From positions 1-34,344 of the forward strand of contig CAZJUB010000026.1 of NCBI GenBank assembly GCA_964549075.1: a DNA stretch of 34,344 nt, written 5' to 3'. The position numbers and the translations under genes were made by a program. Shown here piece after piece: positions 1-11,700 of the stretch. Source of the DNA: an uncultured archaeon (GTDB lineage Archaea; Asgardarchaeota; Heimdallarchaeia; Heimdallarchaeales; Heimdallarchaeaceae). A model generated the notes under the pieces. It saw only the letters and a list, made by a program, of their open reading frames with translations, made no database searches and was not told the DNA's origin. Position 1 is the first letter of the stretch. Each line of letters starts with the position of its first letter.

Positions 1-748
1 TCCAATCAATAAGTATGTATGAACATAAGCAGGTTAAACTGAAAAAATCCTGACTAAAACCTTTACTAGGATAATAAAGATAGATTAAATTAGGATAAAA
101 GAGACTTAGAGATTCATCGTTCGCTACTGGAATAGACGGATAGATTATGAAAAGTAAGAGATTAGAAATTATTAATCCTAAACCAAATATAATCATTAAG
201 ATTTTCCAATATTTCATAGCATGAAAACTAACTTGCTTTTGAACTGAAGCTAAACCTAGTTGTCTATCATCAGCTTGTAAATTTTCTTTAAAAATTAAAG
301 GGCCTAAACCACTCTCTATTTGTGGATATAATAAAATACCAAAGGTTGTGCTAAGAACTGTAATTTGCAATATTTCAAACAACGCAATAGTGAATCGAAC
401 ATAAAAACTAAGAGGATTTAAAGGTAAGAAATATACTATTATATAATTCACAGTTATAACTAAAAACAAGATACCAGAAACCAGATAAGTAGTTCTCAAT
501 GAATTATCCTTTTCTTCTATCTCTTTTTTCAAAAACCACCTTCGAAGAGACCAACCATAAATAAGATAAATTATGATAATTCCAAAATAAAAGAAAATTG
601 AGTAAGCTGTAGTAAAACCTTGCAAAATTGAGCCTTGATTAAGTTCATTAGTAGGTAGTGAACGTTCAAATAGTACCAAAATTACACTGAATAATGCAAT
701 TGAAGTGACAATGAAAATAGAATCGAAAGCTAACCTCTTTCTTTGCAT
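1..748 (-). CDS. Multi-pass membrane protein of unknown function (3'-truncated by window edge)
   Basis: Not in the ORF track. Hand translation from ATG at 748 (MQRKRLAFDSIFIVTSIALFSVILVLFERS...) stays open to position 1 and contains about 5 hydrophobic segments. Confidence 0.75.
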   Translation of the reverse strand, partial: MQRKRLAFDSIFIVTSIALFSVILVLFERSLPTNELNQGSILQGFTTAYSIFFYFGIIIIYLIYGWSLRRWFLKKEIEEKDNSLRTTYLVSGILFLVITVNYIIVYFLPLNPLSFYVRFTIALFEILQITVLSTTFGILLYPQIESGLGPLIFKENLQADDRQLGLASVQKQVSFHAMKYWKILMIIFGLGLIISNLLLFIIYPSIPVANDESLSLFYPNLIYLYYPSKGFSQDFFSLTCLCSYILIDW

Positions 749-920
749 ACTATCTACTCTCTCATATGGAAAAGTCCTTTGTGAATTCTCCTCTCTAAGA
801 TATTTATAAGTATGCTTTTGTAAGTTTTCATATATTTAATTTATTCGAAGGGAAAATTTTTAAGCATGGGAGAATGTTTTTTACTACTTAATCCTAACGC
901 ATCATACAAACTAATTACTG

Positions 921-1289
921 GTGAAAAATATGAGCAAAGAAACTAAAGTTGAAGAAACAGAGAAGAAACCTACTCCCAAGATGAAAACCTCAGATAAGAA
1001 AACAGGTCCCGCGAGTCAAACGATCTACATTGGAAAAAAGAATACTATTAGTTATGTTTTAGTTGCAGTAACAATCTTGAATAAAAGTGATAAATGCGTT
1101 ATTCAAGCTCGAGGAAGACAAATTTCCAAGGCTGTAGATGTAGCAGAGATTACCAGAAGAAAATTCTTAGCAGATATGGTAGAAGTAACAGATGTTATTA
1201 TCGGTTCAGAAGATATACAATCTGATGAAGAAGGAATCCCACCAAAAACAGTCTCAACTATAGAGATAAATCTCGAAAAAGCACAATAG
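921..1289 (+). CDS. albA: Alba family chromatin/RNA-binding protein with a charged N-terminal extension (true start may be ATG 930)
   Basis: Alba motifs IYIGKK..SYV, ARGRQISKAVDVAEI and VSTIEI. Confidence 0.92.
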   Translation: MKNMSKETKVEETEKKPTPKMKTSDKKTGPASQTIYIGKKNTISYVLVAVTILNKSDKCVIQARGRQISKAVDVAEITRRKFLADMVEVTDVIIGSEDIQSDEEGIPPKTVSTIEINLEKAQ

Positions 1290-1307
1290 AAAGAATAATA
1301 AGGCAAC

Positions 1308-1348
1308 TATCTTTTCAGCTTTTTATTTATTTTTAAGAATGATTTTTC
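1308..1348 (+). terminator. Putative oligo-T terminator between convergent alba and top6A
   Basis: T-tracts (cttttcagctttttatttatttttaag) just after the alba stop, typical of archaeal intrinsic termination. Confidence 0.35.
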
Positions 1349-1351
1349 AGA

Positions 1352-2761
1352 TTAAATAAAGTCACCTGTTTCTATTTTTTTAGGCAAATAGAAATTTGTG
1401 ATATACTGTGGATCTCGTGCGTTTAAAGCTTGTATTTCTGCTTTAAAACCATTATCTAGTTGAATCTGCAATTGTTCTTTCCACTTAGGTTTTCGTTGAA
1501 CAAATTCCTCTTCTAACATTAATTTAGATCTATGAATATCTTTTGAGGTTAGTTTTAATAGAGCACTTCTTGGGATATCGAAACCACTTTCAGCTGATAA
1601 ATCACTTGGTAAAAGGCCTAACCATTTGATATTTGGAACAGCCAGGTGCGATGATTCAAAACTTAAAGCTTTGCTTCCTACACTATACACTCTCATAATT
1701 TCGAAACCATAAGGATCAGCATCCATAATCGCAAAAATTGGAATATTTAGGTCATCATTAATCTTTTTTAGAAATTGTCTTGTTGCTACATCTGGTTGCC
1801 CTTTTGCAGTAATCAGAATACTTGGTACATAATCATAAAATTGGTCTTCAGCTAATCTGTTAAATATAGCATCCTTCTCTATTACTAAGCACATTTCAGC
1901 GTCTGTTTCAAAATCCTCAATATCATCGATATTTGGAGAGATAGCTTTTCCTGCACCTATGGCACTACAATCTATTTGATCTCCTTTTTCTTTGAAACTC
2001 AATCTTCCCACAACTATTCCTTTAGATGAAGCACTTACATTTAAAGAAGATCGAGTTACTTGTAACATAGCACTTAAATCTTCCACTAATGAATCAGAAA
2101 CTGATTGTTTCTCAAATGAATTAACATCCATATAGAAAATATCTCTTTTAGTACTATGAATATCTCGAGAAAGCAAATCATGAATTAGTTTCATTATAAT
2201 GGTCATTTGTTCTACAGAACTTACTGAAGATAAACTTCTAAATTGACGTTCTATCATTTGTCTCCCTATTAAAACAAGTTCTTGTTCTTCATCGAATCCC
2301 ACATTTGTGCCACCTCTTGAAGGAATGTAGAATGAAGCTTCTGTTGGATTTTCCATCGCTTGTTGGAGAAAATTTAAAGCATACTCTACCAAAAGATTGT
2401 TTGTTTCTTGTGAATCCTTTGTTTCAACATGTGTTACTCCATAAGGCATGAAATATTCCTTATTATGAAGCAATTCAGCTTTTAGAGCTTCAATCTTATC
2501 TAATTGTATGGTGCGTTTGACACTGATTTTCATAGTTTGTTTTTCCAATGGATAACGGGAGAGTTTTCTACTTGGTTCTAACTTATACCATTTTTTACTA
2601 CTTCGCAAGAAGAGTACATATGTACCCCTCTTCAAATCAAAAGTGTCTTTTACCCAGTTATACATTTCACGAATAACTACTTCTTTATCAAAAGAAGTAT
2701 TGCGCTCTGTGGCAGGTAAAACAGTTGAATTAATGAAAGAGAAATTATATAGATTTGTCAT
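1352..2761 (-). CDS. top6A: DNA topoisomerase VI subunit A (Spo11/SPO11-3-like) with an ~85-aa N-terminal putative ubiquitin-like domain
   Basis: Winged-helix catalytic motif STKRDIFY (Tyr210, codon 2132-2134); TOPRIM motifs VIEKDA, TAKGQPD and DADPYG; C-terminal KAEIQAL. Start overlaps the top6B stop (ATGA, 2758-2761). Confidence 0.96.
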   Translation of the reverse strand: MTNLYNFSFINSTVLPATERNTSFDKEVVIREMYNWVKDTFDLKRGTYVLFLRSSKKWYKLEPSRKLSRYPLEKQTMKISVKRTIQLDKIEALKAELLHNKEYFMPYGVTHVETKDSQETNNLLVEYALNFLQQAMENPTEASFYIPSRGGTNVGFDEEQELVLIGRQMIERQFRSLSSVSSVEQMTIIMKLIHDLLSRDIHSTKRDIFYMDVNSFEKQSVSDSLVEDLSAMLQVTRSSLNVSASSKGIVVGRLSFKEKGDQIDCSAIGAGKAISPNIDDIEDFETDAEMCLVIEKDAIFNRLAEDQFYDYVPSILITAKGQPDVATRQFLKKINDDLNIPIFAIMDADPYGFEIMRVYSVGSKALSFESSHLAVPNIKWLGLLPSDLSAESGFDIPRSALLKLTSKDIHRSKLMLEEEFVQRKPKWKEQLQIQLDNGFKAEIQALNARDPQYITNFYLPKKIETGDFI

Positions 2762-5700
2762 TTTCCACTACTCCTTTTTTTATTTTTCGATGAACTTTTT
2801 GATGAAGATGATGACGTTTTCTTAGGATTAGATCCAACATCTAGTAAAGTTGTTTGTTTACTCTTCTTACTTGTAATCTTTGCAGCTGATTTCTTCTCTG
2901 AATCCTCAGTTGAAGATTTAGTTTTTGGTTTAGAAGAGGATTTTGCAGTTTTCTTAGCTACTGGTTGTTTTTTAGCAGCTGTAGTAGTTTTTTTAGTTGA
3001 AGAACTAACTTGCGTCGTGGAAGAAGCTTTTGTTGAAGACGAAGTTGTTTTCTTACTTGAGGTGGATTTAGAACTTGATAAGGGGAGTCGGTTCTTTAGA
3101 CCTTTGATAGCCATGTAACTTAAATCAACTTTACTATCTAAAACTGTAGAAGGATACAAAATAAATTCTTTAAAATCGTTTATACCTAATTGTTTTATTT
3201 GTACTAAAATTGGTGCTTTGACATCCAATTCTTCTATTTTATTATCCAAGTGCTTCAACAATTTTTCTACGTTAACTAAAGTCATTGCAGAAGAGCTCTT
3301 AGCTTCCTTTGTAGGAAATATCAGCTCTTGTATAGAAGATACGCCTATTTCTTTAAGTTTCTGAATCTCTTGCTCTTCGATGAAAGGCATTGAAGTTTTC
3401 AATTTAGTTTCATCCTTCTGAGCAAGTTTTATTGATTGATCTGTTAATGTTGAAAGGATAGATTTAAACTGCCTTTCAGGTATTTTGATTGTACTAGAAA
3501 GTTGGTTACAATCAGAGATGTATATATCGTTAATCGTTTGAATGTTTTTACTCTGTAATATACTTAAACTAGAAGGATTCTCTCTTGTTAAGTCTGAGAG
3601 ATAATAGATAGGCATATTCAAAACTTTTGTAATTCTAGATAAAGGTTGAGCTGTTAATCCAGAGGTTCTCAAAAGGATTTCATCTGGTACATTCAGATGA
3701 GTAATTGTTGAATATCCAGCACGTACTAACAGTTTTTTGATATTCTCATCTATGAAACTAACACTGGTGATAGGATAACAGCTCACCGTAATTATATCAT
3801 TTATTGTTATGTAATTTAGGTTCTTTGTCAATTCTTTCGCTGATGTTAACTGTTTATCAGTTAATTTACATTTAGAGAATATAGAATTGATATTAGCTGA
3901 TGTCATTAAATCAAAAACTTGATAGTAACCAGCTTTATTCAATTTTGCAACTAAAGCAGCATCTTGAGTGAGCAACATTATTGGAGCTCTTAAGGTTGAT
4001 AGAAGTTTCTCAAAATCAGGTTCAATATTCTGAAGATCAACATTATCCAGATAAGTAAATAATGATCCAAATGTTTTTAGCTCATGTTTCTTAAGTAATT
4101 CGCCTAAATCTGCTCCTTTAATAAAATTAGAAAATCTTTTCTGTTCTTGAGATACTAATTCAGAAAGTGTTGCAAATTTTATTGAAGGGACAATGTTTTT
4201 ACAAATTTTTTCAGATTGAGCTTTATGTTTACAATGAGCTAAAAGATCGTAAATTGTAATAAGATTATTTTTATTTACATAATTCAAAATCTCTGAATCT
4301 TCTGTAATTTCAGGTAAATCATATAGTTCTAGATACATTATATTCTTTAATCTAAGACACAACTCCCATTCTTTTGTGTTCTTATCGTTTGTTTTCTTAT
4401 TAAATAACAAAGCTTCTTCTACAGAATAAATGGAACTCTTCTTCAAGGTGTTAATCTCACCTGCAGTAAAAAGTTTGGTTGGAAAATCTATTAAGCCTTT
4501 TTTAAGCTGTTTGAGAAGACTAAGTGAGATATTTTTGAGGTTTCTCTCTAAAGTTTTATCAGTTACGACATTAGAGAGTGATTGTTTGGGTTCGAGTAAC
4601 ATTTCAGAAATTGTTTCAAATTCTTGAGATGCAATATTATCAATATTCGCTAGAGTTGGTTCTGATAGTATAATCGGAGACCTTGTTAGATAATCAAACA
4701 GATCCTTAATTTGCTTATCAATCTCTTCAGGTAAATTGCTGAGGATTGCTGTATATAGTTTATTGTCAAAATCATGCAATAATAATAGATATTCTAAAGA
4801 CAAATCGGGACAAGTAATGTTCTTATTAGAAATATCTATATCCAATACTGTACAAAGCTCTGTTCCTCTAGAGAACATAAATTCTGCAGTTCTGTTCAAC
4901 AAATCTTTTTGAGATTTAGTTAGTAAAAGATTATCTAGACTTGGCATTAAGAAGATAAGTTCCATTAGAGTTACAGATTCTTTTAATTTAGGTTCTAATT
5001 TTTTGACATCTAGTTTTTCTAAAATAGTGATTTTATCTTTCAAATTTTTTGGAATGTTATTCTTAGCTTTCATCACATCCAAAATTTGAATATAATTTCT
5101 AAAGCCTAAATCCTTTAAATCATCTATATCTTGAGTGGAGAGTACTTTATTAGCCTTCAAATTCGGAGCTTTCAATATATTTTCTGAAGTTAAATTAACT
5201 AGGTTTTTCAAAGCTTCGTCTACTGGTAAAGAAAGAGTATTTCCTAGGTCTTTGTTTGATAGTTTAAATAAATCTCCTACTTCTTCTAGGTTATTTTTAA
5301 TCTTTCTCCAGCTTTTTATAGAAATTTTAGGGTACTTAATAAGTAAAATTGAAGTGGAGAAGAATCTTTGAATAGCATTGATATTAGATTTAGAGGTTCT
5401 ATAATCTTCTGTCATAATATCATATATTATTTCATCCACAGTAGTGTAAACTTGGCTCAATTCCTTTTTGACATTAGGTGAAATTGTTTTTAGAGAAGAG
5501 ACTTTAATTCTCTTTGCAACATCACTTCTTATTCTTGAAGTTGTTAAACTAGGAAGTATTTCTTGAATCTTAGTTTTTAATTTTATTGGCGAGAAAGTTA
5601 ACCAGTAACTCTTAGGTTTGATAAGAAGATCAACATATGTATAAAGATCTTTAGAATTTAAACTTTGGATCTCATTAGTATTAAATTTTGTAGAAGCAGA

Positions 5701-8700
5701 GAGAGGATGTTTTAAGGTTTGAAGTATTTTTATACTGTTAGAACTAAGCTTCTTAAAACCAGCATACATTTCAAGCAAAAGCTCATTAAACAGTGTTATT
5801 TTCTTAAATTTGAGATCATTTTTAAGAGTTGTAAGTTCATTTTCACTTAACACTTGGTCAATTGGAACAAAATCTTCTTTTATTTTATCAGTAGAAGCTG
5901 AAAATGTTCTCAAGAATTCAGTAATTTTGTCAGCTTCTTTTTGAGTTGAAATTGTAATTAATTCTTGAACTGAAAAAATTGATTCTTTCAGATATTTGCT
6001 TTCTATTGTATGGAAAGGTAAGCTTAAGATTTCCTTATAATAAAGAATAGGAGTTTGCAAAATTGAACCAATTCTTTCTCTAATTTTATCAATTCTACTC
6101 TCTGAAACAATCCATGGATATACAGAGTATTCTCTCAAATCATTAAGATTAAAGATACCAATGGATTTCAGGAATTCCTTGTCTCTATCAGTCAAGAAAA
6201 ACGCGTCTCTTAGATGAGAATCTTGGTTAATTACAACTTTTGAATTTATGTTATCAATATTTATTGATAAGAGAATATCTGTTATTGCTTTAATACTAGT
6301 CCTAGCTTGAGTAGCAATGGTTTTTGGAGAGAGAATCAATAAATCAGCTATTGTAGCAATATTTGCTCTTTTTAATGCTACTTCTGTCTTGGTGTCTAAA
6401 TCAAGAAATCTTATATTAGCAAGAAGATAAGGTGCAACACGCTCATATAACTTCTTATCAGTTATAAAATTCTCAGAAGTAATTAAAGAGGTATAAGAAT
6501 GAAAACCTTTACCGACTATATATTTCTCTGTTGTTGAAAGAGGATCTTTGAACTTAAGTTCTTCAATATTTTTAATTTTTGAAACACTTTCAAGAATTGG
6601 TTGAAGATTCTCTTTTGAGATATTATGGAAATTAATGAGGATGTCAGCTATTGTATAATGAGGTTTGCTGTAGATATAAATCAGCAGTTCTTTTGAAAGT
6701 CCAGGGATTAAACTTGGACTAGAATTTAAGTTTATTAATAATTCTTCCAAATCATCTTCAGTGAGTTTTGTAAGAGAAGTTATATGATTGGAGGGGAGGT
6801 ACAAAAGATGATCTACTGTGCTTATACCAGCAGATAGTAATGAAGTGGTGACTGACTTGGTTAAGCTAAGTTTATCAATTGAAACACCAAATTTCTTGAT
6901 ATCAGATAGACGTTTTATAAGATAATTAGGATCAGTTTTTTGTCTTGAAATTAGACGTTTGATGCTGGCTGACCATTTTTGTTGAGGAACTTCAAGTAAA
7001 TCAGTATAAGTCATCACATTATTACTTAACAGTTCGTCTACATCTTTCTTGCTTAACTGGAGAACCTTACCAATAATTGTAATTGGTGTAAGTAACATCG
7101 AAACAAGTTGAGTAAGGCTTCTCTTATCTTCTTGAGGGATTGGCAGTTGATCCAGATTCAAGTTAGCAGCTTGAGTTAAAGATACACAACCATATTCTTT
7201 CAGTAAATTCTTAACTTTATCAGATATTTCTGTAAAGAGATCAATATCTAATCCAACTAATTTAGCACTTTTCTCTAAGTCGTTTAAGTCAATTTGTGCT
7301 ATAGTTAATTTAATATCATCTGTGGACTGCCCTGTAATGTTAGAAAGTAGAGGGAGAGGGATAGATAGATAATGGAAAACTGTTCGAACACCACTTTGTT
7401 TTAATTTTTGTATCTGGGTAGATGTTATACCTTCTAGGGTATTGATATTGAAATTCTTTAATGAGTAAAGAATAGGTCTAATTTCCTTAGAGATTTTAGT
7501 ATCAAAATTGATGATGCTATCAGCAGAGATGAGTTCATCGAGATAAGTAATATTGTTCGATTTGAGTTTCTTTAACAATTTATTATCTGATATCAACTTT
7601 ATTTCATCTAGCTTAATTGCCCATGTAGGAGGTTTGAGACTGACAATTTCTTCATTCAAAGCTTTAATAAATTTAGATATAATGTTATCTGGAAAAGCAA
7701 CTATTTCTGGTTTTAATTTTGATTCAGTGATTAGCAGATGAGCAGAAAGAATATTGATAGCTTTTCTATCTCGCAATCGATTGAAATTTTTAACATCTAA
7801 ACTCATGATATTATATAACCAAGAGACAGGTCGGAAGAAGTTGTTCGTTATATCATTGATTACTTTTTTCTCATTTTCTGAGAACTCAAATAAAGGATGT
7901 TGAACGAAATCAAAGAGGAACAATCCTGTTGTTAAACCATAACTACCAAATTTTTCACTCATTTTATTTGGTAGTTTAATTGATTGATTTAGATGCGGAC
8001 TAAATGTTTCAGACATCCTCTTTGTAAGGTTAAAATCACGTTGAAAATCACGAATATTTCTTGTTATCTCGGTAGTTACATTTTCCATCGATTGAACCTT
8101 TGAAGATATCAACTCTATTACATGATATACTCCATTTCTTCTGAGTGCTACCTTGGTATCCATGTCGAAATAAGGGAGAGAGAAAATACTCAGACTAAGA
8201 AAGCTAACTAGTTGTTCTACAAATGATATGTTCGAGATTTTTTCTATCCTTTCAAACTCTGAAAATTGTAGAAGATGTTCAGGTACAAAACCAAATAAAT
8301 CCTCCACAGTTTTCTTATCAGGATCAAAATACAGATCTCTTAACAAATCCTTAATAGGTTCATTCAAAAGTAAAGGTGTTCCTCTGTCAAGTGTAAATTG
8401 CCCTTTTCTAATCTCTGAAATTTCATTGGGTATTGAACCATCAAAAGTCTTCTTTAATTCGTTATCATTTACACACAAGAAATCAATTATTCTAAGAACG
8501 CCCATTTGTGATAATTTTAATTTTGTTTCAGTAGACAGTTCCGTTATGCGATAGATTGAAATATTACAACTTCCAAGGAAGTCTTTTACAACATCGTCAG
8601 AAACATTACTGATTGTAAAAGCTTGATAATAATGACTATAAATATCCTGAACATATTCTTTTTCAGATTTTAGAAGATAATTTACTGTCGATTTTTTAAG

Positions 8701-11700
8701 AACCGGGAACTCATCAATTTTTACACCTTTTCGATTTATTTCCTTTGCTAATGAAATTGGTTCTATTTTTTCTATATATTTTCTAACTTCCTTCTCGCTG
8801 ATATTAAGAATCAAAGCTATTGTTGATACATCTTCTGTAATAAATGAGAGTATATCGCCTACTCCAGAATAAATCAACTTCTGAACTTGTTGATTTGTTA
8901 ATCCAATGAAAGCAACAGAAGCAAGATACATTTGTACCTCTCTAAAAACATCCAATTTGACAAGATGAGGATGAGATTCCCTTATTTCAGTCATTCTAGA
9001 ATTGAAATCTTGAATTGAGTAAATCCCAAGTTTATTGATTTTTTCAAGATAATCCTCTTCAATTGAAGGTAATAATGTAATTGGGATAGCGGTTTCGATT
9101 CTTTTATCAGCTAGTTCGTCTAAAGAGAGTATATCAAGAGCATGAAATTCTTTGTAAATAGGATTTTGTGTAATGTGAAATAATTCTTTTTTATCTAATA
9201 AAGCTAGATCTATTACTGAATTTATCTCATAAAATTCTAATCGTTTTATTTCATCAAAGGACAGAAAACCAATAAATCTTATTGATCCAGAAAGAATTTC
9301 CATTATCTTCTGGTAGTTCTCAACTGGAAGAATATCAGATATTCGTCGTGTATCAGCTGAATAGTAGAGAGTTTCAATATCAGTTATTCCTCTCTCAGCA
9401 AGAGAATCAATTTGCTTTTGAGTTATTATAGAGCACTCTAGTATTTTGTGAGATTGTTCTTTCTGGAAAGACACAATAATTTGGTAATTTAGACTGTTCT
9501 GAATTTCTTTAATATACCGCATAGAGAGTCCTGTTATTTCTGATAATACATTTATTGGAACTGAGAAAAAGTCAATTAAAGTATTAACAGAGGATTTACT
9601 TAATTTCAAAGCTAATCCTCTCGGCAATCCTATAGAGGAGATTGGTACAGCTACATCTTTCACTAAACTATTGAACGAATCTACTTCCATCAGTTTATTG
9701 AAAAAAGGTGCAAGTCCAGGATGTTCTGTTAAATCTATATCAAATACATCACCAATCTTAGTATTTTTATAATCTTCGCGCTGAATCTTCTTAATCCGAT
9801 TAAAGAAAGGTGTGATTCTAAGAGGTAATTCTAGAAGAGATCTTATCAAGGTTAAATTATAGTTTTCAGCTTGATAGTGTTTATCCTTTGAAAGAAGATG
9901 AGAAATAACTTTTGGATCAGTTATAACATCTGATAATTTTTTATTCTCAAAATCCTGAACGATTTCTTTGAAAAATGAACTATTATAAACAGAAGATGGT
10001 AACTTTGAGAAATAATGGAAAGATCTCATTTCTAACATTTTGGATGAGTTAGAAGAAATAGATCTATATAAGAGGGGATCAGTAATTTCCTCATCGGGGA
10101 TAAATAGCAATTGAAAAACATTCTTTATGTTATTTTGCTCCCATACTTCTATAGAATATTCTGAGATTTCTGTGAAGATTCTTAAAGGAAGAGCTAGAAC
10201 TTTCTGGACAGCAGAAATCTTTGGCCATAGCTCAGGATTTAGCTGATAAAATGCTGGTTCACTTTCATAGAACAGTTCTTGGATAGTTTGGAATCTCTCA
10301 AACTGGAAGATTGAGTCCCTACTTAGTTGTCTTTGTTCTAATTTATCGAACAATTTTGTCTCAAAAGCGAATATGCCTTTTTCTTCATATAATCCAACAA
10401 TTTTCTGAGCGGTGAGAGAATCCTTTATTTCATCCAGCTGTTTTGATGATGTTCCAACTAACTTAGTCAGTTTTTGATTCGAGGTTAGAATGAAATCTGC
10501 AATAGTCAAAATCTTATTCTCTCTTAATATTTCAGTTTGTTCAAAAGTAAGTTCAGGTAAGAAATATCCAGGTAGAGAGAAATAACTGAGGATATCAGCT
10601 AAATCTAAACCTCGTTTAATATTCTCTATTCTTTCATCAGGAATTCCTGTTCTTTCCATTAAGCTTTCGGGTGAAGTAAGCATAAATCCCAATAAGGTTA
10701 AAACATTAACATCTGTAAGTGTTTGAATTAAATCAGCGTCTAACATATCTGAAATATGATTTAAAGGCAAATTCAAAACTTGTTTAAATGCTTCAACAGT
10801 TCTCCAAGGTAAAATAGCTTCATTCCATTTATTTTTAGTAGTAGAGAAATAGAGGTCTTCTAAAGTAAAAATGTTTATTTCTTCAAGGGCTTTTACAATT
10901 TCAGTTTTAAAGATATCAAGCTCAGATATATCTGTACCAGTATCACTAATTCGAATATTCTTTTGAAAATTCTTAGCTTCCTCAAAACTAACTCCCAAGA
11001 ATTCCGAGAGATTTTCAGCTTGACTCACAAGCAGATCTATAATTCTAGTGATACCATGATTTTGAAGCGTGTTTAATTGTTCAGTTGTAAGAGATACTAG
11101 TTGTTCTTCTTCTATTGTTTTTGTTTGTTCGTTACCTTCTTCTTCTTCTACCTTAACTGTCTTCTTTACTTTTCGCTCCCATGTTGCTAGAGTTAAAGGA
11201 GATCTGAGCAATTTTCTAAATTTGTCAACAACATTCCAATTCACTAGTGAAGCAGAAAAAATCATTGGTTGAGCAAGATAGAAAATCTTGTCAACAGTAT
11301 CATATCCAGCTAAAATCATAGATTCGATCTCATGAGTTGAAAATCTTTCAGAATCTTCAAAATCAAATGAAACTGATGATTTAAACCTACTTCTATCTAT
11401 CTTTTCGAAAAAGCTTGTTCCTTGCTGTTCTAGCTTAAAATCACTCTGAAGATCTTCAATTTCTTTTTCTTCTTTATCTAGAATTGATGCAAGCTCTTTA
11501 GGAGAGTATTCAAATAATTGATGAACAGCAACTATTCCTTTATTTCTTAAGCTTTCAAAATCTGATAAGGAGAGTTTCGAAACTCGAGATATAGGTAGAG
11601 CGAAAATACTTTGAAATTCATCAAACTCACATATGAGTAAAACCTGTTTACTAAATTCATCTTCTCCTTTGATATCTCTAGTTTTAAGCATCTCATGAAG

